Assembly: GCF_001949145.1 (NCBI RefSeq) | Contig: NW_019091359.1 | Location: forward strand, 705,366 to 756,165 | Direction: 5' to 3' | Source: Acanthaster planci | Lineage: Eukaryota | Length of the DNA stretch: 50,800 bases | Shown here: positions 11,390-22,249 of the stretch, in pieces | How positions within the stretch are numbered: position 1 is the first letter of the stretch | Layout of the letters: each line of letters starts with the position of its first letter | The notes under the pieces: generated by a model | Seen by the model: only the letters and a program-made list of their open reading frames with translations | What the model was told of the DNA's origin: nothing | Databases searched by the model: none | Made by a program: the position numbers and the translations under genes

Positions 11390-14070
11390 GGTCGCAGTGG
11401 TAACAGTAATGGTTGAGTTCGCCAAACCAGAGCGATTACCAGAACCATGGTTTCCTTGACTTGAATTTCGAAGACATCTCAAGAGTAGACTGAATGGAGG
11501 AAATAGGTACCCGGATATTTGTTCCCACTGACTGTGAATGCGTCCACTTGCCAGGCTTGTGGATCTGGTGCCACGACTCAAAACGAGGTATCTGATGGTT
11601 CAACCGTGAGTCAAAGAGATTGACTGACGGATGAAAATTCAAGTTGTCCACCACCACCTCGAAAATCACAGGAAGAAGATGCCACTCTGTGTAATCGTTG
11701 AAGGTCCGGGACATCTCGTCGGCCTTGACATTTGCTGCCCCAGGGAGAAATTCCACTGACAATGTTATGCCTCTGTGCAGACACCATGTGTCGAGCGTAC
11801 ACAATGGATCCAGCTTGGCAGCTCCTCAATGGAGTCTGGTTGTGACACAGAGCAGCAATCTTGTCTTGCTGTAGATTTCGATAATACAGCATGGCAGGAA
11901 ATACTGCTTGAATGCTGGAAGACAGACAGCCAATGAGCTGAGCCTACTTGTGGACAGTTAACGTGTCTGCCTGCAGAATGTCCTGACAATGATTGATGAT
12001 CAAGATATAAGGGCAAAACCTGTTATATATAATTAACATCTCTCCAAGGCAAAAATACATCTTGAAAATAGTTCGCGGTACCCGCTGCTTCATTTGACTC
12101 GGACCGGCCAGCCGGCAAGCTCGGTGGTGGAGTGGTTAAGACATCTGCACTGGTAAGCAGGAGGTCGTGGGCTCGAGTCCCACCCGAGTAAGCTTATGAG
12201 GTTCTTTTCGCAAGCTCTCGGACAAGCACTGAGCATACAGTGCATATTAATATACGTTGGGTAAGGGCAAAACCTGTAATATATAATGATTGATGATTTT
12301 GTTGACTTGGCTCCTGGAAGAGACAGTGTCATAGTTGAGTTGATATGAAAGCCTAGGTACGTTAGGTGCCTTGTTGGTTGAAGCTGAGATTTCTCCTGGT
12401 TGATGATGAAACCCAACTCCTGTGCTGTACTGCCTAGTATGAGGATATCTTCGAGATAAAACATGCAACAAATTCACCCTTGACGGAGCTGTGCTGCGGC
12501 TGGCTTGAGAACCTTTGTAAATGTTGGAGGGGCACTTGCTAACCCAAAGGGAAGGCATGCAAATTGGAACAGCTGATTCTGCCATGTATTACGAAGATAT
12601 TTGCGATGACTTGGATGAATAGGGATCATAAAATAAGCATCCGTAAAATCAATAGAACCTAAAAAATCCCCTGGTGACAACAAATCTTTGACAAAGTTAA
12701 TGCCTTACATCTTGAAGTGCTCGTATACTATAAAAGTACTCGGGGAACAAAGGTGAACCACAGGACAAAGTCCCCCTGACTTTTTGGAAAATCAAAAACA
12801 AAGACGAAATAAACTGGTCGGTCTCTGGTTCGTCCACAGTAACTGCCCCTTTCCTGACCAAATTTGTCAACTTCTTTCTAATCTCTACTTGAGACTGAGA
12901 ATTTGTTTCTGTCACAGGCATTCTAGTCCGTTTCTGAACTTGGTTAACTAAAACTCTATCTTATGACCAACTATTGACTGAAGTATCCAACTATCTGTTC
13001 TAAGAAATCTCCAGTTGCAAACAAAATATTGAAGACAACCTGTCTGAAATGGAACAGCAGTAGTATCTAATTTTTTGCTTTCAGATCAACCATACCTTGA
13101 TCCTGTCAGAACTTGCCCTGGTGTGCAGGTGCTGATTGAAATGCAGCATACATGTACCTTGGCTTTGCAGCATAACCGGAAGAATGCCCTTGAAAAGGGT
13201 TACTGCCCCGGAACTTTCTGTTCATTTGCAGAATAATAGGGGAAAACCCTATTCCCCTTGTTGTCTGGAGCTGACTTAGATGCAGCCTTAGTCACTTTGG
13301 CAGCCATCTTACTTGCTTTTTCTGCCTCCTCTATATCCTCGATAATTTTCCACCAAACAGATGACTCTTCAGGCTGTCAAACTTTCTGTCAAGTAGCTCA
13401 TCAAAAGCATGTTGCATGGAAAGTGCCAGACTTTGACATGCAGATCCAAGTTAAATCAATGCCGATGGAACATGATCCTTAACTATACTTGTCTCGACAG
13501 TCTTAGGGCAAGATGCATCTACCCAAATGAGATGTGCAAGAGGCAAAGCAGCTTTCTGAAAATGGTTGTGAGAATCATTGAGCCTATCATCCTGAGAGAC
13601 CAAGAACACCTAAGCCTCTTTGAAGTAAGCCCGTACCTGACTAGGTAGCTCCGGTGCCTTGAAATACGGCCCATGAATAGCTGGAACCTGATTAGTCTGA
13701 ATCTCCTCTTGGAACTCCTTGTGTTCCAATTTGTTGGTGCACAAGTCTTCTCACCAGTGAAGCACTTATCTGTCACTGGAAACCTGGACCTCTTGCGATA
13801 AGGGTTGCGGAAATTACTTGAATCCTGAGAGTCTGACTCAAACTCTGTTACCGCGTCCCCTTGGCTGAATTCCGATAGTGTCACGACGACACTAGCAGAG
13901 TCTGCATTTAACAACTCACCAGCACCTGATATGCTGCCTAAAACAGCTGGACTCGCCGGTGGAGGAAGCGTACTGTACTGTGCTCTACTGTCCTGCTTGA
14001 CTGAACAATTTGTTCTACTGATACAAACAGCTCCCCCACCATATCCACCTGTATACACATGTAGGGTTAA
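11390..14070 (-). mobile_element. DIRS-type retrotransposon remnant (gag-like region, RT, partial RNase H, methyltransferase-like domain)
   Basis: RT motifs SIDFTDAYFMIPIHPSHRKYLR, CLPFGLASAP and FYLEDILI; RNase H end EFLPGAANVKADEMSR; MT-like VNLFDSRLNHQIPRFESW and YLFPPFSLL. Tyrosine recombinase not seen; outer limits approximate. Confidence 0.85.
12001..12284 (+). mobile_element. tRNA-derived SINE-like unit inserted in the DIRS RT region
   Basis: A box tggtggagtgg (about 12125) and B box ggctcgagtcc (about 12170). Flanked by the 13-bp direct repeat aatgattgatgat at 11988-12000 and 12285-12297. Confidence 0.8.
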
Positions 14071-14356
14071 ACATGCTTTCATCACAGAATTCCCATATAG
14101 TGGTATGTTGTAAACAAAGTGCAATACTTCCATACATACACGACAAGTGCTCTATCAGGATGAAACTCGTTTCTTACTGCGTTTTTAACACTTTTCCTTG
14201 GTGCAAGTCAGGCACACATCATGACATGTATATTTTTAGTAACTGCTAGTCTGTAACTGCCCAACTGTCCCCAGACTGAAATTTGCCACACAGGAAACTA
14301 GCAAGGTCATTTGTGCAGAGCCCTTACACTGTGTAGTCTGAGTGCCCACTGAGGGA

Positions 14357-14755
14357 GCCTGGGTAGCATACCGTGATGATGTAATTTCCCCTTGACATCA
14401 AAATATGAACTGAGGGTTGTGTGGTGTGGTTCTGGTGTACTTACTGTAAAGGAAAATTATTATAATAGTGTGTGGTGTACTTCTGGTGTTCTCTGCAAGT
14501 GAGTAAAGATTATGTGGTGCAGAGATCTGGTGCAGTTCTGTGTGGATTGAGTGTTTCTGGTGTAGTTCTGGTGCACTTAACTGTTCAAGCTCAAGCAAAC
14601 TTTAGGAGTGTGTGTGGTGCGCTTATGGTGTTATTGCGTATTTATTAATTGTGTTGTGTATTTCTGGTGTACACTATAGAGGTACCAGAACTGCACCAGA
14701 GGATGTGGTGTCCACCACAGTTCGGTGAGGGCCACAGCTGCTGTTCTACCCAAGG
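14357..14755. mobile_element. Probable EnSpm/CMC-type MITE with TGGTG subterminal repeats
   Basis: Imperfect inverted ends gcctgggtagcata / tgttctacccaagg (10 of 14 match) bracket many (t)ctggtgt/gtggtgt motifs. Confidence 0.4.
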
Positions 14756-15904
14756 TAAAAACAGGTTCCCTAACTTGTTAATCATCACCACTGTAGGCAT
14801 GGTACACATGTAGGTGTATAAAAATGGCCCAGTTTTGTCTTGTGCTCTAATCCAACCGGCAAAGCTTCATCTACATTTGAAAGTGTCTGTTGACATAATT
14901 TTTGGGTCCTCATGCAGATGTTTAAAAAATCGAAATACATGTACCTGACTCTTTGTTGCTCCCATTGCTGTTTTGCTTGCCAGAGTCATTCTAAAGCCAA
15001 ATCATGTCTCTTGCATTCTTCGTCGACTAATTTTTGAGACGCTGCTAAAGAGGAAATGGCTAAAGTCTCTTTTAAACACTCTAAATAACTTGAGCTCGAT
15101 GGAAGTACAGACGACAACAGAAGTGTTTACAACAACATGGTTCAAAATCTAATAAAAGAAATTAATGTAAGCGTCAGGGAAACATGATTGTGAGTTATTG
15201 AGACACAGAAATTTTCCATAAGTTTAAAGTTAATTTGCTAAATAATATGTAGCATGGAAAAATAGCACCCCAAACTAAGTCTGAATAAACTAAAAAAACA
15301 AACCAGAATTTGGGGAACTCGCTAAAACAAATTCCAATTTGATCGGGTAGGAAGGAGTCGCAGGGAAAATTAGGTGGAGGCAAATGACCGCAAATTTTAT
15401 AGAAAAGAGGAAACAACGCAAAAAGTGAAATTCCAAAATTTATTGCTTGGGGGCAGTGCTCAACAGAATCCCAACAAAGATATAAAAAAAAAGGAATTGT
15501 TTAACCACAAACTCAAACAAACTTTGGAACTAAAATAAAAATGAAGAACCAGTGTGATGTCTGGGCAGAATGGGACTAGATTAACTTTGATCTTCAAAAA
15601 AAATACACTCAATAAATTATGTCAAACTAAGAAAAATTAGATGCCAATGAAACTTTGCTGGTCAAAAGAAATAGGAGCGTGGATTCAACAAAATTTAAGG
15701 TCAAGCAAATACTAGCAAAAAAATGTCAACAAAAAAACGAAAACCTAACAAAAAACAAAACCAAAAAAACAGAAAGCCAACACAGCATATAAGAGGGTTG
15801 CAAAACAAACACAACACTTTTGACGACCTGCAACATCAAAAACCAAAGAAAAAACAAATGAATACATAAAAAGATTGACGGTCATATGCAAAAAGTAACT
15901 TTAA

Positions 15905-16387
15905 CCACTTCCTGCCGGGGACTCCGGGATTGGAGACGTATGGTTTATATGGGTGGCCGGTGTCTCCAAACTCGGACAAAGGAAACAGGGCCCTGTAACA
16001 AAAGACCGTACTCCGAACAAAAGACCGTACTCCGAACAAAAGACCAGGCTGCTGGGCATTACCAACATTTTTCACTCTCAAGAGTGGTGATAATCCAGCC
16101 TTGTTTTGAAACCGTATACCAGGGTTAGGGGCATTGAGAGCGAGCGGATTACCACCGCGGACAAAAGCGCTCCACCACCACAGCAATGAGCCACGCAGCA
16201 CCCCTGCACGCTAATCTGGCCCNGGGCGTCAATGAAGGTCACTTGTCAACTTAGAGTAGTGCCTGAAGATTACTTGGTGTGGCTATAAACGAGCGTTAAA
16301 TGGAATGATGAATTTTTGAAGGATTTTGAAAATGGAAAAAATGATAGTCACATCATCAACATTGAAAAATGCCCCGCCATGAAGTGG
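15905..16387. mobile_element. piggyBac-type non-autonomous element (MITE)
   Basis: TTAA|CCACTTCCTGCCGGGG ... CCCCGCCATGAAGTGG|TTAA: inverted ends and a TTAA target duplication on both sides. Confidence 0.8.
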
Positions 16388-18323
16388 TTAAAAGCTAACT
16401 ACAACGTAAATGTTATAAGTCTACAAAATAAGTTGACCAGTCCCTAGTTCCATAGCTAGTTCACACAAAGCATCTGGCTCTCCCTTTCACAACCTGTAAA
16501 CAAAAACCTTGTCACAGCCAGAGGTGCATGTAGCAGTTCAGAACACCAAAATCCAAAATACGCTGATAAGACTATCCCTGCCTTCAAGGTCAGTTGGGCT
16601 CAGATAAACCAAGAGCTCACCGGGCTAGAGGCTAGAGGAGACTTTAGTCCTCCCACCGTAAAACAATCAGTGACACAATCATGTATAAAAAATGACCAGA
16701 GCTAATATTAACCAAAGGACAAAGGACCAAGTCTAAACTGCTGGAACACTAACTCCATTGTAAAGCACCTCTCCTTACTTACAGGACCACTAATCCTATG
16801 AATGTGACTGTACTACATGTATCAGTTAAATGTACATTTATATGTACAGTGTAACAGACAAAGCAAGGAAGAAAATCACCGTTGAATACTTGCGCTTAAT
16901 AAAAAGCAATGTGAAATAGCTGTGAAGTGTGAAAAAAAAGACGTTTGAGAACTTGAATCCTTCCAACACAGGTATGTAGGGCAAAGTAATACATTTTAGT
17001 CACAACTGTGGCACAAACTACACAGATCACGATGAGTAAAAGTTAAAACTTTTCAAAACTAAATTCCTCTAGTTTTCCATCCCAACAGCAAAGAATGTCA
17101 CTAATAAAGACAGAGCAATAAAATGGCAAACGTAATCTAGTGAGAATGCATGAAAATCAGGAAGAAAAAATTTGTAGACTCCATGAATCAAGCATAAACA
17201 TGACCATGCCGTGATACCAATCTCTCACAAGTTACATGTATTTCATAAAACGTGAGATAAACTTTTTTTTTGAAATAAGACTAAAGCTTTACCGAGAGGA
17301 TGGAAACTCAAGTACACGCACATGTACCTGACTGTATTCATTGTATTAACACAACAAAAAACTTCACAATGTAATAAAAAATAGTGAAAAGAACCTAGGG
17401 TAATCTCTTGCACACAATAAAATCTTCTTTCCAACAGTTTCATTAAGGAAGATGAAGCAATATAAGGGGAACTTACCGAATAAAACAGCAGACTTACCGA
17501 GGGGCAGAGAACTCATAAAATGTGGTGTGTGCTCTTCACTGCCTGTCTGCAAACTGAGTGGGTCTAGAAGGAATGCTGAGCACATGGTGCTAAATCAAAG
17601 GGGCTCTTTGTTCAAGGGTCTAATTACTGTGAGAATGATGTTACCTTACCAGGGGGAGGATCTAGCTAAAAAAAAAAAAAGAAAATCATTTCCCAGTTGG
17701 GTGTATCTGTGCCAATTAAGTCTTTGGGCAACAACATGGCTTTAGATTCTGAAGAAGAATTAGTGAAAGACCTGGAGGCTGATCCTGTAATAAACCAAAG
17801 CTTGGGTGCTGACTGAGACCTGCTGTAAATAGTATGCGTACCGGTCTTCTCTTGTTGGAACGCTATTTACAACAAAACATCTTAGTTTCAACAAAAAATT
17901 TATACTGTTTTTTAAAAACAAGTTGTTGTTATGGGAAATCAGCAGATGATGCCAATGACATCCAAGCAAGTAACAGAGCGAGAGCAAGGCATGAACAAAC
18001 ACAGTGAGCATTAAAGATCCTAAACGAGTCATCTAAGGCAAAAAAAAAAGATCAGTTGGCTTGACTGGAACACAAGAATAGTGAGGGCATTACCGACCCT
18101 GAAAATAAATGCTTGGACACTCCTCGTTTACTTTATGGTGGGTTGTTGGTACTCAGAAAACTTGAATTATTTTTTCTTTTACGGCATAAGTTTCAAAAGT
18201 ACATGGATATACAAATAGAACCTTCCAGCTGAACAAGCCCACAGAAACTCTAGTTATGGATAGAGGTTGAAAAATTTAAAAAATAAATACAAATAATGTA
18301 AATATAAATATGTTAAAAACATC

Positions 18324-18566
18324 ATGAGCTACTTCAACACAAATGGAATTGCACACTCAATTTACTACGGAGCTGTGCAAAGTGTAATCTTAATGGGTTA
18401 TGCCATGCCCGGTTAAAAAGTGCTGAAGATGGCATCACCTAACTTGGATAAATTGAATTTGGAAGACATGGCAAAAATGACAGCTCTCATCGGAGGTTCC
18501 CTGGCAATGCAACAGTGGTTAGTTACACAGGGAGTAATTCCGGGGAGTCTCATTTCAAAAGTTTGA
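18324..18566 (+). pseudogene. Small amphipathic Polinton/adintovirus-type ORF (about 80 codons, one internal stop)
   Basis: MSYFNTNGIAHSIYYGAVQSVILMGYAMPG*KVLKMASPNLDKLNLEDMAKMTALIGGSLAMQQWLVTQGVIPGSLISKV. From memory, the Y.GAV...GY....K ... L..QG.IP pattern resembles small ORFs of invertebrate Polintons. Confidence 0.55.
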
Positions 18567-18587
18567 CGAGCTATCTATATATATTCA

Positions 18588-19460
18588 AATGCAGAAGAAG
18601 GAGGAATATACCCAGAGGAGATACCTGTTCTAGATAATTAACCTGACGAAGACCCCAATGGTCTTGAATGGGATAGATTACTAAACTGATTTAGATAGTG
18701 ACATCACGAGGGTAGTCACACAGAGCAAAAAATTAGAAGGTGCAAAAATTGCCATTACTGTTTGTGTTGTAGATGTTTACAAAAAAATTGACCAGACGTG
18801 TTGTTAACTCGCAAATATGAAAATTTTATACATGTATACGACTAAATAAAGGTCTACACTATAAAGGTATAGGTAAGTACAAAGAAGTATTACTAGTCAC
18901 AGAATTTTTAAGTCTACAAACAATCGCGACAAATGCAAGAAAAGTCAGTTGTCCATATGGTAATATTTTTGTAAGGAATGAACTGGGTTTTCGAGATTTT
19001 GGGACAGAGGCAGAAAGAGTGGAACAAAACTTAAGTGACATAACGTGAGAGAATCCCGTTGAAACTTCCAAAAACATCCGATCAGGTTAGCAAGGCTGTG
19101 GAAGAGTTGCAAAGTGAAGAATCCCAAATAGAAGGTATAAATATTAGCCCTAGGGAACTCGTAGCTTTGGATAAATGCCTTCAGACGTTGTGAGATGTTA
19201 TTGGTGTTGGAAATAAACTTGGCTGAATTGAGTAAATTAGACGATGAAATTGCCCAGACTGAAGCTGAGTCATATGAAGCGACTGGCATGGAAGAAAAAT
19301 GAGAGCTGAAAGACCTAAGATTGATGAGGGTCAGTGTGATACAAGAAGATAAAAATAGTCTTTCCAGTCAAATTAATTGAATCAAAGACACGATGTCTAG
19401 GGTGCTGGACAAGGACGTGACTCTGGGTGAAAAATCTGGACTCTGTTATCGCGAGTATCT
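18588..19460 (+). pseudogene. Degenerate coiled-coil Polinton/adintovirus ORF (possibly the family called GasderminX)
   Basis: Fragments PRELVALDKCLQT, NLAELSKLDDEI and QIN*IKDTMSRVLDKDVTLGEK(I.TL) resemble the recalled pattern LREL.ALDK.LQ ... IK.T..KVLD.DT.L.E.IRTLFRE. Confidence 0.6.
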
Positions 19461-19769
19461 TTTAGTTAAGTAATATCTTCTGGCTTTGCAGCTGTTAAAA
19501 CCGTAAGTGCCCCACCACCTGAGCCAGCACCACTGCCCACCAAAACCCAGACAGCTGCAAAACTTGGCCAATGTCCTAAAAATAATTAATCGGAAGCATG
19601 CCAAGTTGAATGTTTAGCGCACTGAGTATAAAGTCGGTCGACTGACTGACTTAGACATTAGTTTTGGGGGTCGGCATGCTGGTTTTTGGTTATTTGCAGA
19701 AACCAGGCTAAAAACTATTAAAAAAAACTTTGAGGCTATTTTAAAACATTGTGTGAAAAGTCAAATTGT

Positions 19770-20715
19770 TACTGTAAAGAGTTACTTTCTAGGTTGAAAA
19801 GATTGTAAAGAATGCATATTTTGCCGTGGTTGTAAAAAATGTGTAGACCGTGGAAACTGAAAATTATGAAAACGGTTGTGACGGTGTGGAAACTGTACAG
19901 GTTGTAAAGATTGTAAGGAATGTGAATTCTGCCATGGTTTTATAAATTGTAGAGATTTTAAAGAATGTGTACTTTGCTGTGAATGTAAACACTGTGGAAA
20001 CTGTGAACTCTGTAAATACTCCGAAAACTGTGAAGACTGTGAGTATTGTTTCCATTGTAAAAATTGCCGCGGTTGTGAATATTGTGGTAAAGACTGTGAA
20101 GATTGTGAATATTGTTTTGATTGTAAAACCCTGCTGCCATTGTGAATGTTGTAAAAAATGGAAGATTGCGTAGATTTTAAAACCGAAAAAAATATAAAGG
20201 GTGATGTCGAGATTGTAGGTGACTATGATAGTAACAATGAAAATGATCATGAAGAAGATTATTATTATAATTTAAGTTACCGCTAATGGGTCATTAGGGA
20301 GACATTCCCATAAGAATGTGAACAAAATTTTTCCAACTTTACTGTCCCATAATTCAATATTCCCTCATCTGATCTGAACCAAACTTTGTATGTTTTCATT
20401 TTAGGCCCTAAACTATCATCTCTCAAAATATGAACTTTAAAATTCGGCCTCCTTCTGTTAGTTTGAAAATAGGGAGACACTGAAATGTCTCCCTAAAAGC
20501 CAATTTCTCCCTAATGCAGAAAAATTTACCACAAAATGTCTCCCAAATGACCTATTTGTAAATATTATAATAAGTATTATAAATTATGATTATGAAGATG
20601 AAGATTATTCAATACAATTAAAATTTAATGTTCACAACGTCAAAGACCTCATAAAAATTCTACAAGGTCATTTTTGCATTGAGCCATTCTTAGTGGCTCA
20701 CAAATTCATACACTA
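19770..20715 (+). pseudogene. Cys-rich (C-x-x)n repeat ORF with acidic tail, interrupted by a MITE
   Basis: Frame starting at 19801: DCKECIFCRGCKKC...CGNCTGCKDCKECEFC...CKHCGNCELC...CEDCEYCFHCKNCRGCEYCGKDCEDCEYCFDC, then DYDSNNENDHEEDYYY. Similar acidic coding (NYDYEDEDYS...) resumes after the MITE. Confidence 0.6.
20285..20556. mobile_element. Short MITE with about 22-bp TIRs (superfamily uncertain)
   Basis: aatgggtcattagggagacatt at 20285 versus aatgtctcccaaatgacctatt ending at 20556 (2 mismatches). An internal gggagaca...tgtctccc hairpin lies near 20472-20493. Confidence 0.7.
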
Positions 20716-20779
20716 AAAAACAATTCAGCTTCGGCTACGGCCCCAATTGTCAGAGATAATTTTTCATCGTTGTGAACTT

Positions 20780-21891
20780 CTAAAGGTGTTAGAACCGGTC
20801 GGGCGATGGGCAACTCTTAATTACTGTCGGGTTCTGAGTCAAGCCTAGAGTCTGACTTTTAAGGCTGGTTGATAGCCCATTTGCATGTTGTCGGTCACAA
20901 TTTGCAAATTGTTGTTGTAACCATGCATCAACTGTTCCAATTCTAAATTCCATAAAGGAACCAGCTACAACCCTGGGTTAACGACAAGGTTCTAAGGATT
21001 TTTTTTGTACTGTGGAGAATCTTTAAACTGGTTGATTCTCGATTTTAGATGGGGTCAGAGTTTATTAAACTTTCTACCATTGTAACAAATTGTTCTTGAG
21101 AATCCAGGCTTGTGCCGGATTCAAGAACACTTGGTATTGTTCAAGCTTGAGCCCCCAGCAGAGCATAAGCATAGGTCCTGATCGATTCAATGATCTTTTG
21201 ATGCCCACGTTGGTGAAACTCAGTGTAAGTAGTCGAGTGTCCAGATTCTTTAGGTGGGTCTAGCACCCAAATCCCTTGTAAGCAGCAGTGGCATGAGTGC
21301 TGTTGGGAATCCTGAGGTCATGAGCATCGTAGTTTTTACCGAATACTGGTATGTAGCCTCCTTTTTCGCAGGGGTCAAAGAAGGAAGCAGTGCTCAAACA
21401 ATTTGATGTGGTGTTCCGAGTCTCTTTGACAGACCTTGTTGCATCGATGTTGAATTGTCCACAGGTGTCTATAAAGGCTTTATTATCGTAATGGTTGTTT
21501 AGCGCGTCAAAGATGTTGTTACCTGGTACAGTTACCGTTATGTGACAAAAAAATTTCCAAACGTTAAATGCATATGAAAATTAAACAAGGGTAAACCGTA
21601 AGGATCTTTGTTGTTAAGAAGGTCCCAACCTGTTCCGCAAGCTTTTGAAGCGAGTTCAACGGCAAAGTTTGGTTGATTTTGATAAAGCATTAGTGGGTCG
21701 CTGCTCCAATGATTTATGGCTTCATCTTGACCATAGGGAGTTTGTACACTTTTTTTCGAGTTGGAAAACTCAGCAATACAAACGTCTTTATTTAGCACAA
21801 TAGCCAAGTGACTGAAATTGGTTCCCGTAGTTGCTTTACTGTAAAGGTTATTTGAATTTTTTTTTAAATGGTAATGACGGTAGAAATGCAC
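20780..21891 (-). pseudogene. Degenerate conserved Polinton/adintovirus ORF of unknown function
   Basis: WSSDPLMLYQNQPNFAVELASKACG..LLN....LFNFHMH, FDALNNHYDNKAF and IRTYAYALLGAQA...GTSLDSQEQF match the recalled pattern W...P..LWQ.QLNFAV.CA..ACG ... VR.YAY..L..QA ... DAQ..F of invertebrate Polinton ORFs. Confidence 0.65.
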
Positions 21892-22249
21892 TCATTTTAT
21901 TTTGCCCCAAAACCCCGGACTTTTCAATTATATGATTCCGTAGACAACCTCAAGGGCTGGAAATCTATCAGGGCTAGAAAAACTTGTTTTTCAATTGAGG
22001 ATTACAACTTCAGCAGAAATTTGCAGACGCAGCTGAAAGCTACAGCCTCAGGAAGTTACTCAAGAGAAGACCTCAATGCTAGCATTTTACAATTCATTGA
22101 ATTTGCAGTACCTATAAACAAATTACAGGAAGACAGTGCAAATATGTTTAATAAAGTAATAAACAATTTTGCACAATCTTACGAGACACGAAATCTGGAA
22201 GAATTTGGCACTGAGCCAGGTTCGTAAACAAAAGAAAGTTATATAACAC

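Noticed and set aside
12118..12192. Functional tRNA-Thr gene
   Set aside because: B box and acceptor stem are imperfect, and it sits in a TSD-flanked repeat with a second diverged copy, so it is treated as SINE-like.
18642..18675. Hammerhead-like CTGACGA-agacc...ggtct
   Set aside because: No GAAA directly after the stem, no stem III, and it lies in a decayed coding region.
19864..20250. Thr/Phe-rich and Val/Lys-rich ORFs called in the track
   Set aside because: Shadow frames of the (Cys-x-x)n reading frame on the + strand.
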